The notes under the pieces are model-generated. The model was given only the letters and a program-made list of their open reading frames with translations. It was not told the DNA's origin and made no database searches. The position numbers and the translations under genes were made by a program. DNA of 64,000 nt from Escherichia phage vB_EcoM_ESCO8. Shown here in pieces: positions 63,256 to 64,000 of the stretch. The stretch is taken from the sequence record OM386653.1, one strand, 5' to 3'. Positions within the stretch are counted from its first letter, which is position 1. Every line of letters starts with the position of its first letter.

Positions 63256-63964
63256 TAAAGTAATGACTTTCGGAGATCCTATCACCAATATTACAGAAAA
63301 AGATTTTGGGCGTGTAGCAACAGATAAAGATGGTGTCTTAAGAATTCGTGTACAAGGTATTACAGCACAGGATGAATATGCTGTGTATGTTTCAGGTCTT
63401 AACTATATTGATGATCGCATTACACAAAACTTTGCACTGATCGGTGGTGTAGAGAAAATGTATTGGGAAGATGAAATTGTAACAAGTTATCCGGCAGGTA
63501 TCATTGAGGTATACGGTGATCTTTTAGCAGCAGCCGAGAGAGGCGATATAGACGCTATAGCACACTGCTGTAACTGTTTTTGCACTATGGGTAGTGGTAT
63601 TGCACCAAAAATTAAAAGCAAGTGGCCTGGTGCGTTTAAAGCAGATTGTGCCACTAAACATGGTGATTATAAAAAATTAGGTACGTTTACCAAATATATA
63701 GAAAACAATTTGACAATTTATAATTTATATGGACAATATGGTTATAGTCGTCGTGAGGAAGGTAAGCGTGACCTGAATTATGAAGCTATCTACAATGCGT
63801 TAGATAGTATGGGAGACGATGTTGTATCTTCAGGCGGTAAAATTGTAGGTTTACCAATGCTTGGTTGTGGTTTGGCTGGAGGTTCTTGGAGTATTGTAAA
63901 ACTTATGATCGAAGAAACTCTAGTAAACAAAGGTTTAAATGTAATTGTTTACAAACTGAAATAA
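63248..63964 (+). CDS. macro-domain protein with N-terminal extension
   Basis: Track ORF from 63131; ATG at 63248 (MSNKV). GDIDAIAHCCNCFCTMGSGIA resembles macro D-A-I-V-N-A-A-N...GGGV; C-terminal VGLPMLGCGLAGGS resembles the macro diphosphate-binding loop. Confidence 0.5.
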   Translation: MSNKVMTFGDPITNITEKDFGRVATDKDGVLRIRVQGITAQDEYAVYVSGLNYIDDRITQNFALIGGVEKMYWEDEIVTSYPAGIIEVYGDLLAAAERGDIDAIAHCCNCFCTMGSGIAPKIKSKWPGAFKADCATKHGDYKKLGTFTKYIENNLTIYNLYGQYGYSRREEGKRDLNYEAIYNALDSMGDDVVSSGGKIVGLPMLGCGLAGGSWSIVKLMIEETLVNKGLNVIVYKLK

Positions 63965-63973
63965 GGAGAAAGT

Positions 63974-64000
63974 ATGGCAGGTGTTTTAGCAGTATTAGGT
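63974..64000 (+). CDS. start of next CDS (truncated by window end)
   Basis: aaggagaaagtATG then MAGVLAVLG; only 9 codons visible. Confidence 0.25.

Noticed and set aside
1-64000. tRNA genes, often clustered in T4-type phages
   Set aside because: No GGTTCGAATCC-type T-loop with a matching acceptor stem was found by eye in the non-coding regions, and the GC-rich segment at 41900-42000 lacks cloverleaf pairing. A tRNAscan run would be decisive.

Overview
This window reads as part of a large virulent T4-type (myovirus-like) phage genome; all calls are from reading motifs by eye, with no database search. Three coding blocks are visible. (1) Plus-strand block 1-17303: 3' end of nrdB, a complete dTDP-L-rhamnose operon (rmlB-A-C-D), glutaredoxin, T4-type lysozyme, PhoH-like ATPase, an HslV-like peptidase, two DNA methyltransferases (amino-MTase with NPPF motif; C5-cytosine MTase), a small serine recombinase, a lambda-type Ser/Thr phosphatase, a SLOG-like protein and a Sir2-family protein lacking the zinc module. 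(2) Minus-strand block 17479-29218 of about 40 small early-type ORFs including a four-member paralogous family, then a minus-strand array 30889-41158 in which nearly every small gene is preceded by a conserved promoter-plus-stem-loop cassette (PeSL-like). This array is flanked by two unusually long non-coding regions (29219-30888 and 41159-42688) carrying clustered Fur-box-like palindromes and three tandem ~70 bp repeats. (3) 42689-64000: NADAR-domain protein, a zinc-ribbon/GIY-YIG-like protein, two diverged AAA-type ATPase paralogs in opposite orientation, an SF1 UvrD-like helicase, a MazG-like / class-II-aaRS-like / YqeY-like trio, nrdD-nrdG, and a terminal HAD-like / phosphoribosyltransferase-fold / macro-domain cluster. 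The most interesting candidates for an undescribed system are the NAD+/ADP-ribose-linked modules (HAD-PRT-macro at 61749-63964; NADAR-nuclease-ATPase at 42689-45615; Sir2 at 16190-17002) and the Fur-box-like arrays bracketing the PeSL gene array. No tRNA or CRISPR array was found.
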